64,000 nucleotides of DNA from positions 15,895-79,894 of the IMG/VR virus record IMGVR_UViG_3300047284_000516; one strand, written 5' to 3'. The number at the start of each line of letters is the position of its first letter. Position 1 is the first letter of the stretch. This document shows positions 17,641-27,581 of this stretch, piece by piece. A model generated the notes under the pieces. The model saw nothing but the letters and a program-made list of their open reading frames with translations. It had not been told where the DNA came from and did not search any database. The position numbers and the translations under genes were made by a program. The DNA comes from a virus.

Positions 17641-20223
17641 ATGAGATTTTATACAACCGTACAGCAGTATGGTAACAATATCTTTGTTCGTGGATATGAG
17701 CACGGTAAACGGTTTCAGCGAAAGATCCCCTACCAGCCGTACTTATTTGTAAGAGGTGGCAATTCCGTCAAGAGCGAGTTTAAAACCCTTGATGGTCACT
17801 TTGTTAGTAAGATTCAATTTGAAGATATTGACAGTGCAAGACGATATGTAAAGAATTATGAAGACGTGGAAGGCCATACAATATATGGTCTCGATCGTTG
17901 GATATATCCGTTTATCAACGATTTCTATCCAGGTAAGATTGAATATGATGCGTCTCTGATCTCCGTCCTTTCAATAGACATTGAGACAGATTCGGAGAGT
18001 GGATTCCCCAATATTGAGACGGCCGATAAAGCTATTATTTCGATTGCTATGAAGTGTCGAGGTAATATGACGGTATTGGGTTTGAAACCATACACTGCTA
18101 CCGATGATGTTGAATACATTCATTGTTCCACCGAACAAGTGCTCCTTGAGAAGTTTCTAGAGCTTTGGAATTCAGAGAAATATTCACCTGATATTGTTAC
18201 GGGTTGGAACGTAGAGTTTTTCGATATGCCTTATATCGTTAACCGTATTCGTCGCATACTTAGTGACAAGCACGTCAAAATGCTCTCACCATACAACATC
18301 ATGGTTGTAAGGAAGTTTAGCATTGCTGGTCGAGATTACGAAAACGAACATCCTGTGGGGATCAATGTCCTTGACTATCTAAGTCTCTACAAAAAGTTTA
18401 CATTTGCGCAGCAAGAGAGCTTTAAACTAGATCATATTGCATTTATCGAGCTTGGGGAAAAGAAGTTGGATTACTACTCCCTTGGATATGAAAGTCTAGA
18501 TGATCTATACAAACGAGATCACCAAACGTTTATTGATTATAACATACGAGATGTCTTGCTTGTGGATAAGCTTGACAAGAAACTTGGCTTGTTGGACCAA
18601 GTGTATGCCCTAGCTTATGATGGTAAAGTTAACATGATTGATACACTGACTACAGTAACAATGTGGGATGTTATCATTCACAACTATCTCCTCACCCAAG
18701 GGACAGTAATTCCGATGCCCAAACGAAGTGAGAAGAAACGTAAGATCGAGGGAGCATATGTTAAAGATCCTCAGGTGGGTAAGCATGATTGGGTAGTATC
18801 ATTTGACCTTAACAGTCTTTACCCTCATCTCATCATGCAATACAATATTAGTCCTGACACTCTAGTGCATCAGATTGATCGATATGCTAATGTTGAGGCA
18901 CTGGATGAGCAAGGTGAGCTTACAGACTTCAGAATCACTGATAGTATTGGTATGTTTATTGAGGATCGGGAACTGGATAAGGAAACCATAAGAAAGTTTC
19001 TTGCTGACAACAATTGCACCATTACTCCCACAGGCTGTTTGTTCACAAAAGAAAAGCAAGGATTTCTACCAAAGCTGATGGAAGCCATGTATGAAGATCG
19101 ATCAGCTTGGAAAAAGAAGATGATTGAAGCCAAGAAGCAATATGAGGTGACTCCTTCTGCTGCTCTGGAATCAGAGATTGCACGATGCCACAATATGCAG
19201 CTTGCAAAGAAGATTCAGCTGAATAGTGCTTATGGTGCTTTGGGTAACAACTTCTTTCGGTGGTTTGATCCACGTATTGCTGAGTCGATTACTAAAGCAG
19301 GCCAGCTATCCATCCGATGGATAGAAAAGAAGATGAACTTATATTTAAACAATCTTCTTAAAACAGAGTCAGTCGATTATGTCATTGCATGTGATACGGA
19401 CTCCATGTATCTGAACCTCGGTCCTTTGGTAACAAAGTTTATTGGGGATCTACCTGTTGAGAAGATTGTACCAAAGCTCGATAAGGTCTGTAGTGAAAAG
19501 TTTGAACCTTTCATTGACAAGTGCTATGAAGAACTTGCGGAATATGTAAATGCATATGCACAGAAAATGAAGATGAAGCGAGAGGCGATCGCCAATAAGG
19601 GGATCTGGACAGGTAAAAAGCATTACATCCTTAATGTGTGGAATAATGAGGGTGTTGCATATAAGGAGCCTAAACTAAAGATGATGGGCATTGAAGCTGT
19701 TAAGAGCTCCACTCCTCCAGCTTGTAAGGAAAGCATTAAAGAAGCACTTGGTATTATTATGAATCAGAACCAAGATGACTTGATCGAGTATATCGAAAAC
19801 CTTAGATGTAAGTTCAACACACTACCCTTCGAAGAGATTGCCTTTCCTCGAAGCGTGAAAGAGATGAATAAGTATTATGATCCTGCGATGGGATACAAGA
19901 AGATTAGTAGATCTGGAGTGCCTATCCATGTTCGTGGAGCGTTGGTTTTCAACCATATGATTATGAAGCGCAAACTCCAACATCTTCATCAGCTGATCGG
20001 AGATGGTGATAAAATTAGATACTGCTACTTACTAGTACCCAATCATCTCCAAGAAAACGTTATTGCGACACCAGGTAAGCTGCCCACAGAACTAAACTTG
20101 AATCAATTTATAGACTATGATCAGCAGTTTCAGAAAGGATTCTTGGAACCCATTAACGCCATTGCTCAGGTTATTGGTTGGCAGACTGAACGAAGAGCAT
20201 CATTAGAAGACTTTTTTGCATAG
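17641..20223 (+). CDS. 43: Family B DNA polymerase gp43
   Basis: Exo DIETD and GWNVEFFD; Pol SFDLNSLYP, KIQLNSAYG, DTDS; C-terminal clamp-binding SLEDFF. Confidence 0.98.
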   Translation: MRFYTTVQQYGNNIFVRGYEHGKRFQRKIPYQPYLFVRGGNSVKSEFKTLDGHFVSKIQFEDIDSARRYVKNYEDVEGHTIYGLDRWIYPFINDFYPGKIEYDASLISVLSIDIETDSESGFPNIETADKAIISIAMKCRGNMTVLGLKPYTATDDVEYIHCSTEQVLLEKFLELWNSEKYSPDIVTGWNVEFFDMPYIVNRIRRILSDKHVKMLSPYNIMVVRKFSIAGRDYENEHPVGINVLDYLSLYKKFTFAQQESFKLDHIAFIELGEKKLDYYSLGYESLDDLYKRDHQTFIDYNIRDVLLVDKLDKKLGLLDQVYALAYDGKVNMIDTLTTVTMWDVIIHNYLLTQGTVIPMPKRSEKKRKIEGAYVKDPQVGKHDWVVSFDLNSLYPHLIMQYNISPDTLVHQIDRYANVEALDEQGELTDFRITDSIGMFIEDRELDKETIRKFLADNNCTITPTGCLFTKEKQGFLPKLMEAMYEDRSAWKKKMIEAKKQYEVTPSAALESEIARCHNMQLAKKIQLNSAYGALGNNFFRWFDPRIAESITKAGQLSIRWIEKKMNLYLNNLLKTESVDYVIACDTDSMYLNLGPLVTKFIGDLPVEKIVPKLDKVCSEKFEPFIDKCYEELAEYVNAYAQKMKMKREAIANKGIWTGKKHYILNVWNNEGVAYKEPKLKMMGIEAVKSSTPPACKESIKEALGIIMNQNQDDLIEYIENLRCKFNTLPFEEIAFPRSVKEMNKYYDPAMGYKKISRSGVPIHVRGALVFNHMIMKRKLQHLHQLIGDGDKIRYCYLLVPNHLQENVIATPGKLPTELNLNQFIDYDQQFQKGFLEPINAIAQVIGWQTERRASLEDFFA

Positions 20224-20232
20224 GAGAAATAA

Positions 20233-20505
20233 ATGGCTTTTGAGATTAGCGACGATGATTTTGGATTCTCGGCAGTAAGTGAGGATGAGCTTAAACAGCT
20301 CGAGCGAGAGCTTCAACAAGTTGCAGAAAAAAACAGTGAAACAGCAATGGTAGCAGAAAGTAAACTGGATGCAATCTACAAAGCAGTTATCCCGCTTCTG
20401 AATAACCTAATGAAGAATCCGGAAAAGGAATACATCTATTGGCCAGACCGCCAAGTCAAAGTGAAGGCCTTCATGGAAAAACTGGAGAAAATATACAACT
20501 CATGA
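20233..20505 (+). CDS. Hypothetical protein
   Basis: DDFGFSAV, LLNNLMKNPEKEYIYWPDR; SD AGGAG. Confidence 0.65.
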   Translation: MAFEISDDDFGFSAVSEDELKQLERELQQVAEKNSETAMVAESKLDAIYKAVIPLLNNLMKNPEKEYIYWPDRQVKVKAFMEKLEKIYNS

Positions 20506-21338
20506 AATACGTAGCCTTTGTTTCTGGAATATCTCTCTCTGCTGTAGCTGCTTTTTATTCGGTCCTTGGTCTCACAAGTATCTTTGCAGGAGCATTTTGG
20601 GCAGTGGTGGTAATGGGAGCAACACTAGAAGTATCAAAAGTAGTGGCAACATCATGGCTGTTTCGTAACTGGTCAAAGGCATCTAAGTGGCTTAGAAATT
20701 ATCTTATGGGAGCAGTGATTGTTCTGTCCCTAATTACCTCTCTCGGTATCTTTGGGTTTCTCTCAAAGGCTCATAGCAATCAAACTATGTTGACGTCGGA
20801 TCAGTATGGACAGATACTGATTCTTGACGAGCAAATTCTCATAGCAAAGGACGATATTGAACGCACAAAGAAAGCACTTAGACAGTTAGATGTTAATGTG
20901 GAGCAATTACAGACAAAGGGACCTGAGTTCGCTGATCAGGCAAATAAATTGCAGTTATCTCAGCGTCGGCAACAGACCGGTCTTGTTAACAATTTAAAGC
21001 AATCTCAATCCAGTTTGATAGATTTACAAAAGCAGCGTGCTTTGCTAAAAAGTGATGTAAAAGGTATAGAAGCTGAGGTTGGACCAATAAAATATATTGC
21101 AAGTTTTATTTACGGGGAAACAAGCCAAGATGTGTTGGAAAAGTCTGTAACATGGCTTATAATCATTATCATATTTGTCTTTGATCCTATGGCTCTTGCT
21201 TTGATCATGATTTCCAATATGAAAACCACCAAAACATACTATAAACGAAAGACAGGTATTATTAATAAAGTTAAGAAAACGATAGCAAAGAAGAAGAATG
21301 TTGTTGAGGTAGGTAAAAATTCTATTATGAGGATGTAA
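20502..21338 (+). CDS. Membrane protein with coiled coil
   Basis: N-terminal TMs, [26 protein letters not shown]. Confidence 0.65.
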   Translation: MKYVAFVSGISLSAVAAFYSVLGLTSIFAGAFWAVVVMGATLEVSKVVATSWLFRNWSKASKWLRNYLMGAVIVLSLITSLGIFGFLSKAHSNQTMLTSDQYGQILILDEQILIAKDDIERTKKALRQLDVNVEQLQTKGPEFADQANKLQLSQRRQQTGLVNNLKQSQSSLIDLQKQRALLKSDVKGIEAEVGPIKYIASFIYGETSQDVLEKSVTWLIIIIIFVFDPMALALIMISNMKTTKTYYKRKTGIINKVKKTIAKKKNVVEVGKNSIMRM

Positions 21339-21339
21339 C

Positions 21340-22362
21340 ATGACCGACTTTTTTAGAGATATAGTAAAAGAAATTAAAGATGAAAACACTTCTATAGTGG
21401 CAGATGGAGAATCAAGTGCTGAATTTACTGGGTTTATCGACACAGGATCTTATATCCTTAATGCTGTTCTTAGTGGATCTATTTACGGTGGAGTCCCTAA
21501 TAATAAAATCACTGCTTTTGCTGGGGAGTCTGCTACTGGTAAAACGTTTTTTGTTCTAGGAATTGTTAAACAATTTCTAATAGACAATCCTACCGGAGGA
21601 GTAATTTATTACGATACGGAGGCTGCAGTTACAAAAGAGATGATGGAGAAGAGAGATATTGATACCCGAAGGGTAATTGTGGCAGAACCTGATACGATTC
21701 AGAAGTTTAAGACCCATGCTCTAAAGGTATTGGAAGCATATCAAAAAAAGCCAAAAGAACAGCGACCTCCGATGTTAATGGTACTTGATAGTCTAGGACT
21801 TCTCTCCTCTGCAAAGGAAATGGAGGATAGTCTGGATGGTAAGGATGTGCGAGACATGACAAAGTCTCAGTTGATTAAAGGGGTTTTCAGGGTACTAACT
21901 CTCAAACTTGCGCAGGTACAAGTTCCAATGCTTGTTACCAATCACGTGTATGAGTTGGTAGGTTCATATGTTCCAACAAAAGAAATGGGTGGAGGATCAG
22001 GGTTAAAATATGCTGCCAGTACTATTGCTTTCCTCAGCAAAAAGAAGGAAAAGGATGGGGATGGAGACGTTATCGGAAATATCGTCAAAGTCAAAATGCA
22101 CAAGTCCAGACTCTCTAGGGAAAACCAAGACGTCAGTGTGTTACTTACTTATGAAAAAGGCCTCGACCGATACTACGGTCTCCTCGACCTAGCAGAAAAA
22201 TATAGTATCTTTAAAAAGGTCTCGACGAGATATGAACTTCCGGATGGTAAAACAGCCTTTGGTAAGCAGATTAATGCTGATCCAGAAAAGTATTTTACTG
22301 AGGAGGTGATGAAGAAATTGGACGAAGCAGCTAAACAAGAATTCAGTTATGGAGGTAGTTAA
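21340..22362 (+). CDS. uvsX: RecA-like recombinase UvsX
   Basis: [33 protein letters not shown]. Confidence 0.96.
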   Translation: MTDFFRDIVKEIKDENTSIVADGESSAEFTGFIDTGSYILNAVLSGSIYGGVPNNKITAFAGESATGKTFFVLGIVKQFLIDNPTGGVIYYDTEAAVTKEMMEKRDIDTRRVIVAEPDTIQKFKTHALKVLEAYQKKPKEQRPPMLMVLDSLGLLSSAKEMEDSLDGKDVRDMTKSQLIKGVFRVLTLKLAQVQVPMLVTNHVYELVGSYVPTKEMGGGSGLKYAASTIAFLSKKKEKDGDGDVIGNIVKVKMHKSRLSRENQDVSVLLTYEKGLDRYYGLLDLAEKYSIFKKVSTRYELPDGKTAFGKQINADPEKYFTEEVMKKLDEAAKQEFSYGGS

Positions 22363-23081
22363 TGGTACGTAAAACTGTGAAAAGAGAGTTGTCTCCTGGT
22401 ACGGTGGTGGAGGAGGTTCTTCCTGCGGGTACAGAGATTACTGGGGAACAATCTAGTAAGGTTGTTCAATTTGATGGACTGTTTCCAACCTTGTTTGGAG
22501 AGATCAAGGTAAATGAGATTAATCTGCAAGCAATGGGGAAGGATATTCTAGCTTTAGCAGACGGTAAAGAAAACTATCAAGGAGGATGGACTTCATTCTT
22601 CGATCAGACAGATATCAGTGGGGTTACTGGTATGAATCTGCTCGCACAAATAGTTCTTGGAGTTGCTGCAGCTATGGTCAGGGAACAGAAAATTGCGGCA
22701 GATCTTGAAAAACCCAGTCTTCAAATGTGGGCTAGTGTGATTCGCAAAGATGGTTTTCATGGTATTCATAACCATGCGGGAAGTGTGGTATCGGGGACTT
22801 TTTATGTTAAGGTTGATGAGAACTCCTCTCCAATTACTTTCATGAATCCTACCCGCAATCTTCGCATGCATGAGCCAAAACCTAGAAGCAGAGAGGACCT
22901 CGGTCCCTTTAATAGTGAGATTGCTGTTATGCAACCTACACCAGGTCAAATGTATGTTTGGCCATCTTGGTTAGAGCATTTTGTGGACAAGCATCGTGGA
23001 TCTGAACCACGTATTGCAGTATCATTTAATGTTGACTATCCATGGGACGTAGGTAATGCTGACCAAACAGATTCTCAGTAA
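22362..23081 (+). CDS. 2OG-Fe(II) oxygenase-like protein (HxH type)
   Basis: HNHAGS.VSGTFYV, WPSWLEHFV, RIAVSFN. Confidence 0.8.
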   Translation: MVRKTVKRELSPGTVVEEVLPAGTEITGEQSSKVVQFDGLFPTLFGEIKVNEINLQAMGKDILALADGKENYQGGWTSFFDQTDISGVTGMNLLAQIVLGVAAAMVREQKIAADLEKPSLQMWASVIRKDGFHGIHNHAGSVVSGTFYVKVDENSSPITFMNPTRNLRMHEPKPRSREDLGPFNSEIAVMQPTPGQMYVWPSWLEHFVDKHRGSEPRIAVSFNVDYPWDVGNADQTDSQ

Positions 23082-24432
23082 TTTACTGCAGAATGAGGAT
23101 TACCTACGAAAGGTAATCCCCTTCCTAAAGGAACTATACTTTCAAACTCGAGTCGAGAGTAAACTCTACACCTGCATTGAAAATTACATCCAAAAGTATA
23201 ATCATGCTCCTTCTAAAATAGCGCTTACTATTGAGCTTGATCAGATACGAGGTGTTTCTGAGGAAGAGTTTAAGGATCTAAAGCAATTAGTCGATGAAGT
23301 ATATCTGGAGGGAGTGGATAAACAAGATACAGACTGGCTGGTAGATCAGACAGAGAAGTTTTGTAAGGATAGGGCTCTCTACAATGGTATTATGGAGTGT
23401 GTTGGAATTCTAAACGGTAAAGAGCAACGTTCTCCTGGAGAAATGCCGGATATCCTAGCCAATGCCCTAGCAGTTTCCTTTGATAATCATATTGGCCACG
23501 ACTTCTTCGATGATGCTACTGATCGATATGAATTCTATCACCACAAAGAAAATCGTATACCATTTGACCTCGATTACTTTAATAAGATTACTGCCGGAGG
23601 GCTACCAAATAAAACCCTCAGCGTGGTTCTAGCTGGTACTGGTGTTGGAAAGTCTCTCTTCATGTGTCACTGCGCAGCTGCTCATTTATTAAAGGGATTC
23701 AATGTTCTCTACATTACGATGGAAATGGCAGAGCAAAAGATTGCAGAACGTATTGATGCAAATACGCTAAATGTAGCGTTAGATGAGCTGAAAGAGCTTC
23801 CTAAAGAAACGTATATGAAAAGGATCGAAAAAGCTCAATCGAGATCTAACGGAAAGCTGGTAATTAAGGAGTATCCGACAGCATCAGCAAACTCTTCACA
23901 CTTTCGACATCTCTTAAACGAACTCCGTTTGAAGAAGAAATTTAGACCAGATATCATATACATTGACTATCTTAACATTTGTGCTTCTTCAAGAATGAAG
24001 CATGGAGCAGGGGTTAATTCATATACATACATTAAAGCAATTGCAGAGGAATTGAGAGGATTAGCTGTTGAGTATAATGTTCCTATTGTAACGGCAACAC
24101 AGACTACAAGAAGTGGATTTAGCAATACTGATATTGGTTTGGAGGATACTTCAGAATCATTTGGATTGCCAGCTACTGCGGATTTAATGTTTGCGTTGAT
24201 CACAACAGAAGAACTGCAAGCTCTTAATCAAGTTATGGTAAAGCAGCTAAAGAACCGTCATAGCGATCCAACAATCTACAAGAAGTTTGTTATTGGTATT
24301 GATAGATCGAGAATGAAGCTTTATGATGTAGAACAGTCAGCTCAAGATGATTTGATAGGAGAGGATCAGGATGATGAACCATTATTTGATCGCTCCAAAC
24401 CTATCAGTCAAAAATTTCAAGGATTTGCATGA
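23056..24432 (+). CDS. 41: Replicative helicase gp41
   Basis: AGTGVGKS, ITMEMAE, IKEYPT, IDYLNI, SESFGLPATAD. Confidence 0.97.
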   Translation: MLTKQILSNLLQNEDYLRKVIPFLKELYFQTRVESKLYTCIENYIQKYNHAPSKIALTIELDQIRGVSEEEFKDLKQLVDEVYLEGVDKQDTDWLVDQTEKFCKDRALYNGIMECVGILNGKEQRSPGEMPDILANALAVSFDNHIGHDFFDDATDRYEFYHHKENRIPFDLDYFNKITAGGLPNKTLSVVLAGTGVGKSLFMCHCAAAHLLKGFNVLYITMEMAEQKIAERIDANTLNVALDELKELPKETYMKRIEKAQSRSNGKLVIKEYPTASANSSHFRHLLNELRLKKKFRPDIIYIDYLNICASSRMKHGAGVNSYTYIKAIAEELRGLAVEYNVPIVTATQTTRSGFSNTDIGLEDTSESFGLPATADLMFALITTEELQALNQVMVKQLKNRHSDPTIYKKFVIGIDRSRMKLYDVEQSAQDDLIGEDQDDEPLFDRSKPISQKFQGFA

Positions 24433-24626
24433 CATTTTACTTAAAAACGTTTAGTCTATGGTTGCTATTGTTTCCTTGTCTTCTACTGTTCAACATTGGT
24501 AAAGTAGTTGTTCATTTTTTAATTTGGGTTTTCGATTTGCCAACTCGTGTATGGATTCTCTGCATGGCTTTACTATCTGAGTTCTCGGAAGAAGATGAGG
24601 AAGATGAGGATGAATCTAACATTTGA
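24429..24626 (+). CDS. Small membrane protein with acidic tail
   Basis: ATGA overlap with gp41; hydrophobic N-terminus and poly-E/D tail. Confidence 0.5.
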   Translation: MTFYLKTFSLWLLLFPCLLLFNIGKVVVHFLIWVFDLPTRVWILCMALLSEFSEEDEEDEDESNI

Positions 24627-25080
24627 GGGATGTGGAACAGAAGCGCAAATAAAACTGTTAACTTTAGCAACAAATTACTTTGCTTCAGAACTTCTTTCAA
24701 GAAAAATTACAAACCATATGACCGTAAATATTATTGTGAGATCAAATATTAGAGAGCATGGCCTATGTGTTCCCGTTGGGTTTAACACCAAGAATATAGC
24801 GAGAGATTTTGATATTGAAATACGAAAGAAGAAAAGTATTAAGTCAATGATATCAACTCTTGCCCATGAGATGGTTCATGTTAAGCAATATGCACTGGGT
24901 GAAATGTGTGAGTTGGGTAGCCACTGGAAGGGTAGAAAGGTTGATACTCGAAAAACTGGGTATTATGATTTACCATGGGAAATAGAGGCCTTTGAAAAGG
25001 AGGCTACTTTATATAAGAAGTTTGTTGAGAAATACGGAAAGCCCAAAATCCATGAACATCGTGTCCACATGGGTATTTGA
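24610..25080 (+). CDS. HExxH zinc metallopeptidase-like protein
   Basis: TLAHEMVHVKQY...PWEIEA. Confidence 0.75.
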   Translation: MNLTFEGCGTEAQIKLLTLATNYFASELLSRKITNHMTVNIIVRSNIREHGLCVPVGFNTKNIARDFDIEIRKKKSIKSMISTLAHEMVHVKQYALGEMCELGSHWKGRKVDTRKTGYYDLPWEIEAFEKEATLYKKFVEKYGKPKIHEHRVHMGI

Positions 25081-25927
25081 ACCCTGGTTACATTCCAAAG
25101 GCAGTAGTCACAGTTGGGCAGTAGTTTCGGAAATGCTGGCGTGTATGAAGTGTTCATCACAACAAATACGCAAGTTTTATGGTAATCATATCATTTATAC
25201 TGATAAACAAAGTTACCAATTTCTTTCGAGATTTATTGATAGTGACTTTGAAATTGTTCATGATGAGGTGTTCAAAAAGTATTCTTCCCATTTTTGGATT
25301 CTACCAAAAATAGCAACATACAAACTGCAAAGGTCTCCTTTCGTACATATAGACCTGGATTTCATTCCTCTTCAGTCTCTTTCCGAAAGAAAATTACGAG
25401 CAGATATCCTTTGTCAGGGATATGAGGATGTATCGGAAGATATAGCTAGCAATAAGGCATACACGCTATACCGACACAAAGATAAATTCATCCTCCCCTC
25501 ATACATGTCGCGATATGATATAGGAAAGTTTCCATCTGTTAATGTTGGTCTTCTCTACATGCAGGATCTGGGATTTCGAGATTTATATGTTAATGAAGTA
25601 GAAAAATTCATTGATAGGAACCATCAAGCTATTGTGGAATGTGATATAGAAATGTGTGTAATAGAACAGCACATTCTTTCTTTTTTAATCAGAGAGCGTA
25701 ATATGAGGGTGGAGACTCTCATTCCAATGAGATGGGATTTAGCAATTGATAACCCATGGTTTATTCATTTTGTGGGATACACATATAAGGGTAACCACTA
25801 TCCACAAATGAAGGATATAAGGAATGAGATAATAGGTCCCTATATTGATCAGAATATTAGAGAAATTTCGCGAGAGTTGTGTGAATTGAAAGGTAATTAT
25901 GCGCTGCGTAGCAACATGGAGCTTTGA
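25052..25927 (+). CDS. GT-A-like hypothetical protein, paralog 1
   Basis: IYTD, WILPKI.TY, HIDLDF (DxD), VNVG, CVIEQ. Confidence 0.6.
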   Translation: MNIVSTWVFEPWLHSKGSSHSWAVVSEMLACMKCSSQQIRKFYGNHIIYTDKQSYQFLSRFIDSDFEIVHDEVFKKYSSHFWILPKIATYKLQRSPFVHIDLDFIPLQSLSERKLRADILCQGYEDVSEDIASNKAYTLYRHKDKFILPSYMSRYDIGKFPSVNVGLLYMQDLGFRDLYVNEVEKFIDRNHQAIVECDIEMCVIEQHILSFLIRERNMRVETLIPMRWDLAIDNPWFIHFVGYTYKGNHYPQMKDIRNEIIGPYIDQNIREISRELCELKGNYALRSNMEL

Positions 25928-26744
25928 ACCATGGTTACAAAATAAAGGCAGTGTATGGAAGGATACAAAAGCCTTTCTTACGTGTGCAAAAATTGCTATA
26001 GAGCAGATCCATGACCTCTATGATAAACCGGTTATATACACGGATAGACTGGGTGTTGAGGTATTTACGGAGCTTACCTCTAAATGCACACCTATCGACA
26101 CATATACTAATGTATTCGATGGAGTGCCTCTAAATCTCTGGGCTTATCCAAAGCTACTCACATATAATCAACAAGAAACTTCATTTTTTCATTTCGACTT
26201 AGACTTCCTCCTTCTCCATCCCATACCACCATCATACTGGAAAGCTGATATAGTAATACAGAACTACGAGGACTTAAAGCCTCAGCATATGAGGGAATAC
26301 TATAACCTCGATCAGTATGGCGATCAATACCATCTTCCGAATGTACTGCGTAAAAATGATCTGGAGCTGATTCCTGCTGTCAATATGGGATTTGTTTATT
26401 TTCGGGATCCTGTTTTAGCTAAATTCTACTCCGATCTTGCTATTGAATTTATTACAGAAAACAGAAGCATACTGCAAACAGATAAGGCAGTACATATGTG
26501 TGTAATAGAGCAGCAAATCCTAGGTAATATTATCCATGATATGCGTTTAAAAACTATGGAGTTAATTAATTGGAAAGAACCAGACGATGCGTGGAGTCAA
26601 AATTTTGCTCATATATTTGGCAAAGAAAAGTTAACAGATCACTGGTCCAATGTCCTTAATTTAGCCAAACAGACCGGTAATATGTCAAATGTTGACTATA
26701 TAGCTTCAATGCTGGATGATAGGAAAAGTTATGAAATTAACTAA
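25899..26744 (+). CDS. GT-A-like hypothetical protein, paralog 2
   Basis: Same motifs as the upstream gene (IYTD, WAYPKL.TY, HFDLDF, VNMG, CVIEQ). Confidence 0.6.
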   Translation: MRCVATWSFEPWLQNKGSVWKDTKAFLTCAKIAIEQIHDLYDKPVIYTDRLGVEVFTELTSKCTPIDTYTNVFDGVPLNLWAYPKLLTYNQQETSFFHFDLDFLLLHPIPPSYWKADIVIQNYEDLKPQHMREYYNLDQYGDQYHLPNVLRKNDLELIPAVNMGFVYFRDPVLAKFYSDLAIEFITENRSILQTDKAVHMCVIEQQILGNIIHDMRLKTMELINWKEPDDAWSQNFAHIFGKEKLTDHWSNVLNLAKQTGNMSNVDYIASMLDDRKSYEIN

Positions 26745-26862
26745 ATTACTCAAGAAATATTATATCGCATGCCTTAGTCACAAGAAAAAGGCAGAACGGA
26801 ATATCTTTAACAAATTACTACGCAAGTCCTTAAAACAAAAACGCACCCATAGTGCACAGTGA
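26731..26862 (+). CDS. Small basic protein (43 aa, not in ORF track)
   Basis: MKLTKLLKKYYIACL...; SD AGGA; fills the gap. Confidence 0.4.
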   Translation: MKLTKLLKKYYIACLSHKKKAERNIFNKLLRKSLKQKRTHSAQ

Positions 26863-26868
26863 GTGGAT

Positions 26869-27171
26869 ATGAAAAAAATACTTTTTAGTCTCTTGTTCGT
26901 CTCTCTACCAGTATTTGCTGCTCCTTTTGATGTTACCCTAAGGCATCCATGTGACACAACACAGATAGTTGCAGACTCTTTACTCAATAAGCACAATGAG
27001 TTGCCTATTGTATATTCGGAGATAATGGGGGACAATCAGCAACTAATTCAAATTACAGTTTGGTATAACAAAGATAAACGAACAGTTTCAGTGGTTCAGA
27101 CATCCAAAACAGCAAAGGTGAGCTGTATCATTGCTGTGGGTGAGCAAGCAGAAGTAGTAAGTATTAAATAA
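26869..27171 (+). CDS. Exported protein with signal peptide
   Basis: MKKILFSLLFVSLPVFA signal peptide; two Cys. Confidence 0.65.
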   Translation: MKKILFSLLFVSLPVFAAPFDVTLRHPCDTTQIVADSLLNKHNELPIVYSEIMGDNQQLIQITVWYNKDKRTVSVVQTSKTAKVSCIIAVGEQAEVVSIK

Positions 27172-27347
27172 CTCGGTGTCGCCTAGCCTGGTAGCGCATC
27201 TGAGTATAATAAAGGAAATTCTCTCTGTGGCGTAACCTGGCAGCGTACTACGTTTGGGGCGTAGTGGTTCTGGTTCAAATCCAGACAGGGAGACCAATAT
27301 GTAATGGTAGCAGAGGGTCCAAGGTTCAAATCCTACCATCGAGACCA
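27172..27347 (+). pseudogene. Split, degenerate tRNA (Pro-type body); halves 27172-27202 and 27311-27347 flank an intact tRNA-Pro
   Basis: Acceptor CTCGGTG/CATCGAG-A-CCA pairs across the insert; D-arm AGCCTGGTAGCGC; anticodon stem TCTG/CAGA; T-loop GGTTCAAATCC. Confidence 0.75.
27221..27296 (+). tRNA. tRNA-Pro (UGG)
   Basis: Cloverleaf; CTACG-TTTGGGG-CGTAG anticodon arm; TTCAAAT T-loop; CCA end. Confidence 0.9.
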
Positions 27348-27354
27348 CTTTGAA

Positions 27355-27428
27355 GCCCCTATAGTTAAATGGTATAACATCGGTTTTGTAATCCGAGGTT
27401 CGCAGTTCGATTCTGTGTAGGGGCACCA
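27355..27428 (+). tRNA. tRNA-Thr (UGU)
   Basis: GCCCCTA/TAGGGGC acceptor, TTTGTAA loop, TTCGATT T-loop, CCA. Confidence 0.9.
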
Positions 27429-27435
27429 TATAAAA

Positions 27436-27545
27436 CTCTTTGTAGTAGCTACAGCGGAACAACTGAAATGCTTGCCATTTCCGGAAAAAGCAAGTACCAG
27501 CCGTGAAGAGTAGGGCTACCATGGATTCAAGCGCCGTACAGAGAG
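27436..27545 (+). ncRNA. Putative structured ncRNA with T-loop-like hairpin
   Basis: Nested stems CTCTTTGTA/TACAGAGAG, GTAGCT/GGCTAC, TGCTTGC/GCAAGTA plus a GGATTCAAGCGCC hairpin; no ORF on +. Confidence 0.55.
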
Positions 27546-27581
27546 CTTTTATGAGTTTCCTTCAAGCAACTAAATATCTAC

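Noticed and set aside
17641-20223. Introns or inteins in gp43 (also checked nrdA, nrdB, gp41, uvsX)
   Set aside because: ORFs are continuous and of normal length, with no splice motifs evident
27088-27522. 144-aa minus-strand ORF
   Set aside because: Antisense translation of the tRNA cluster
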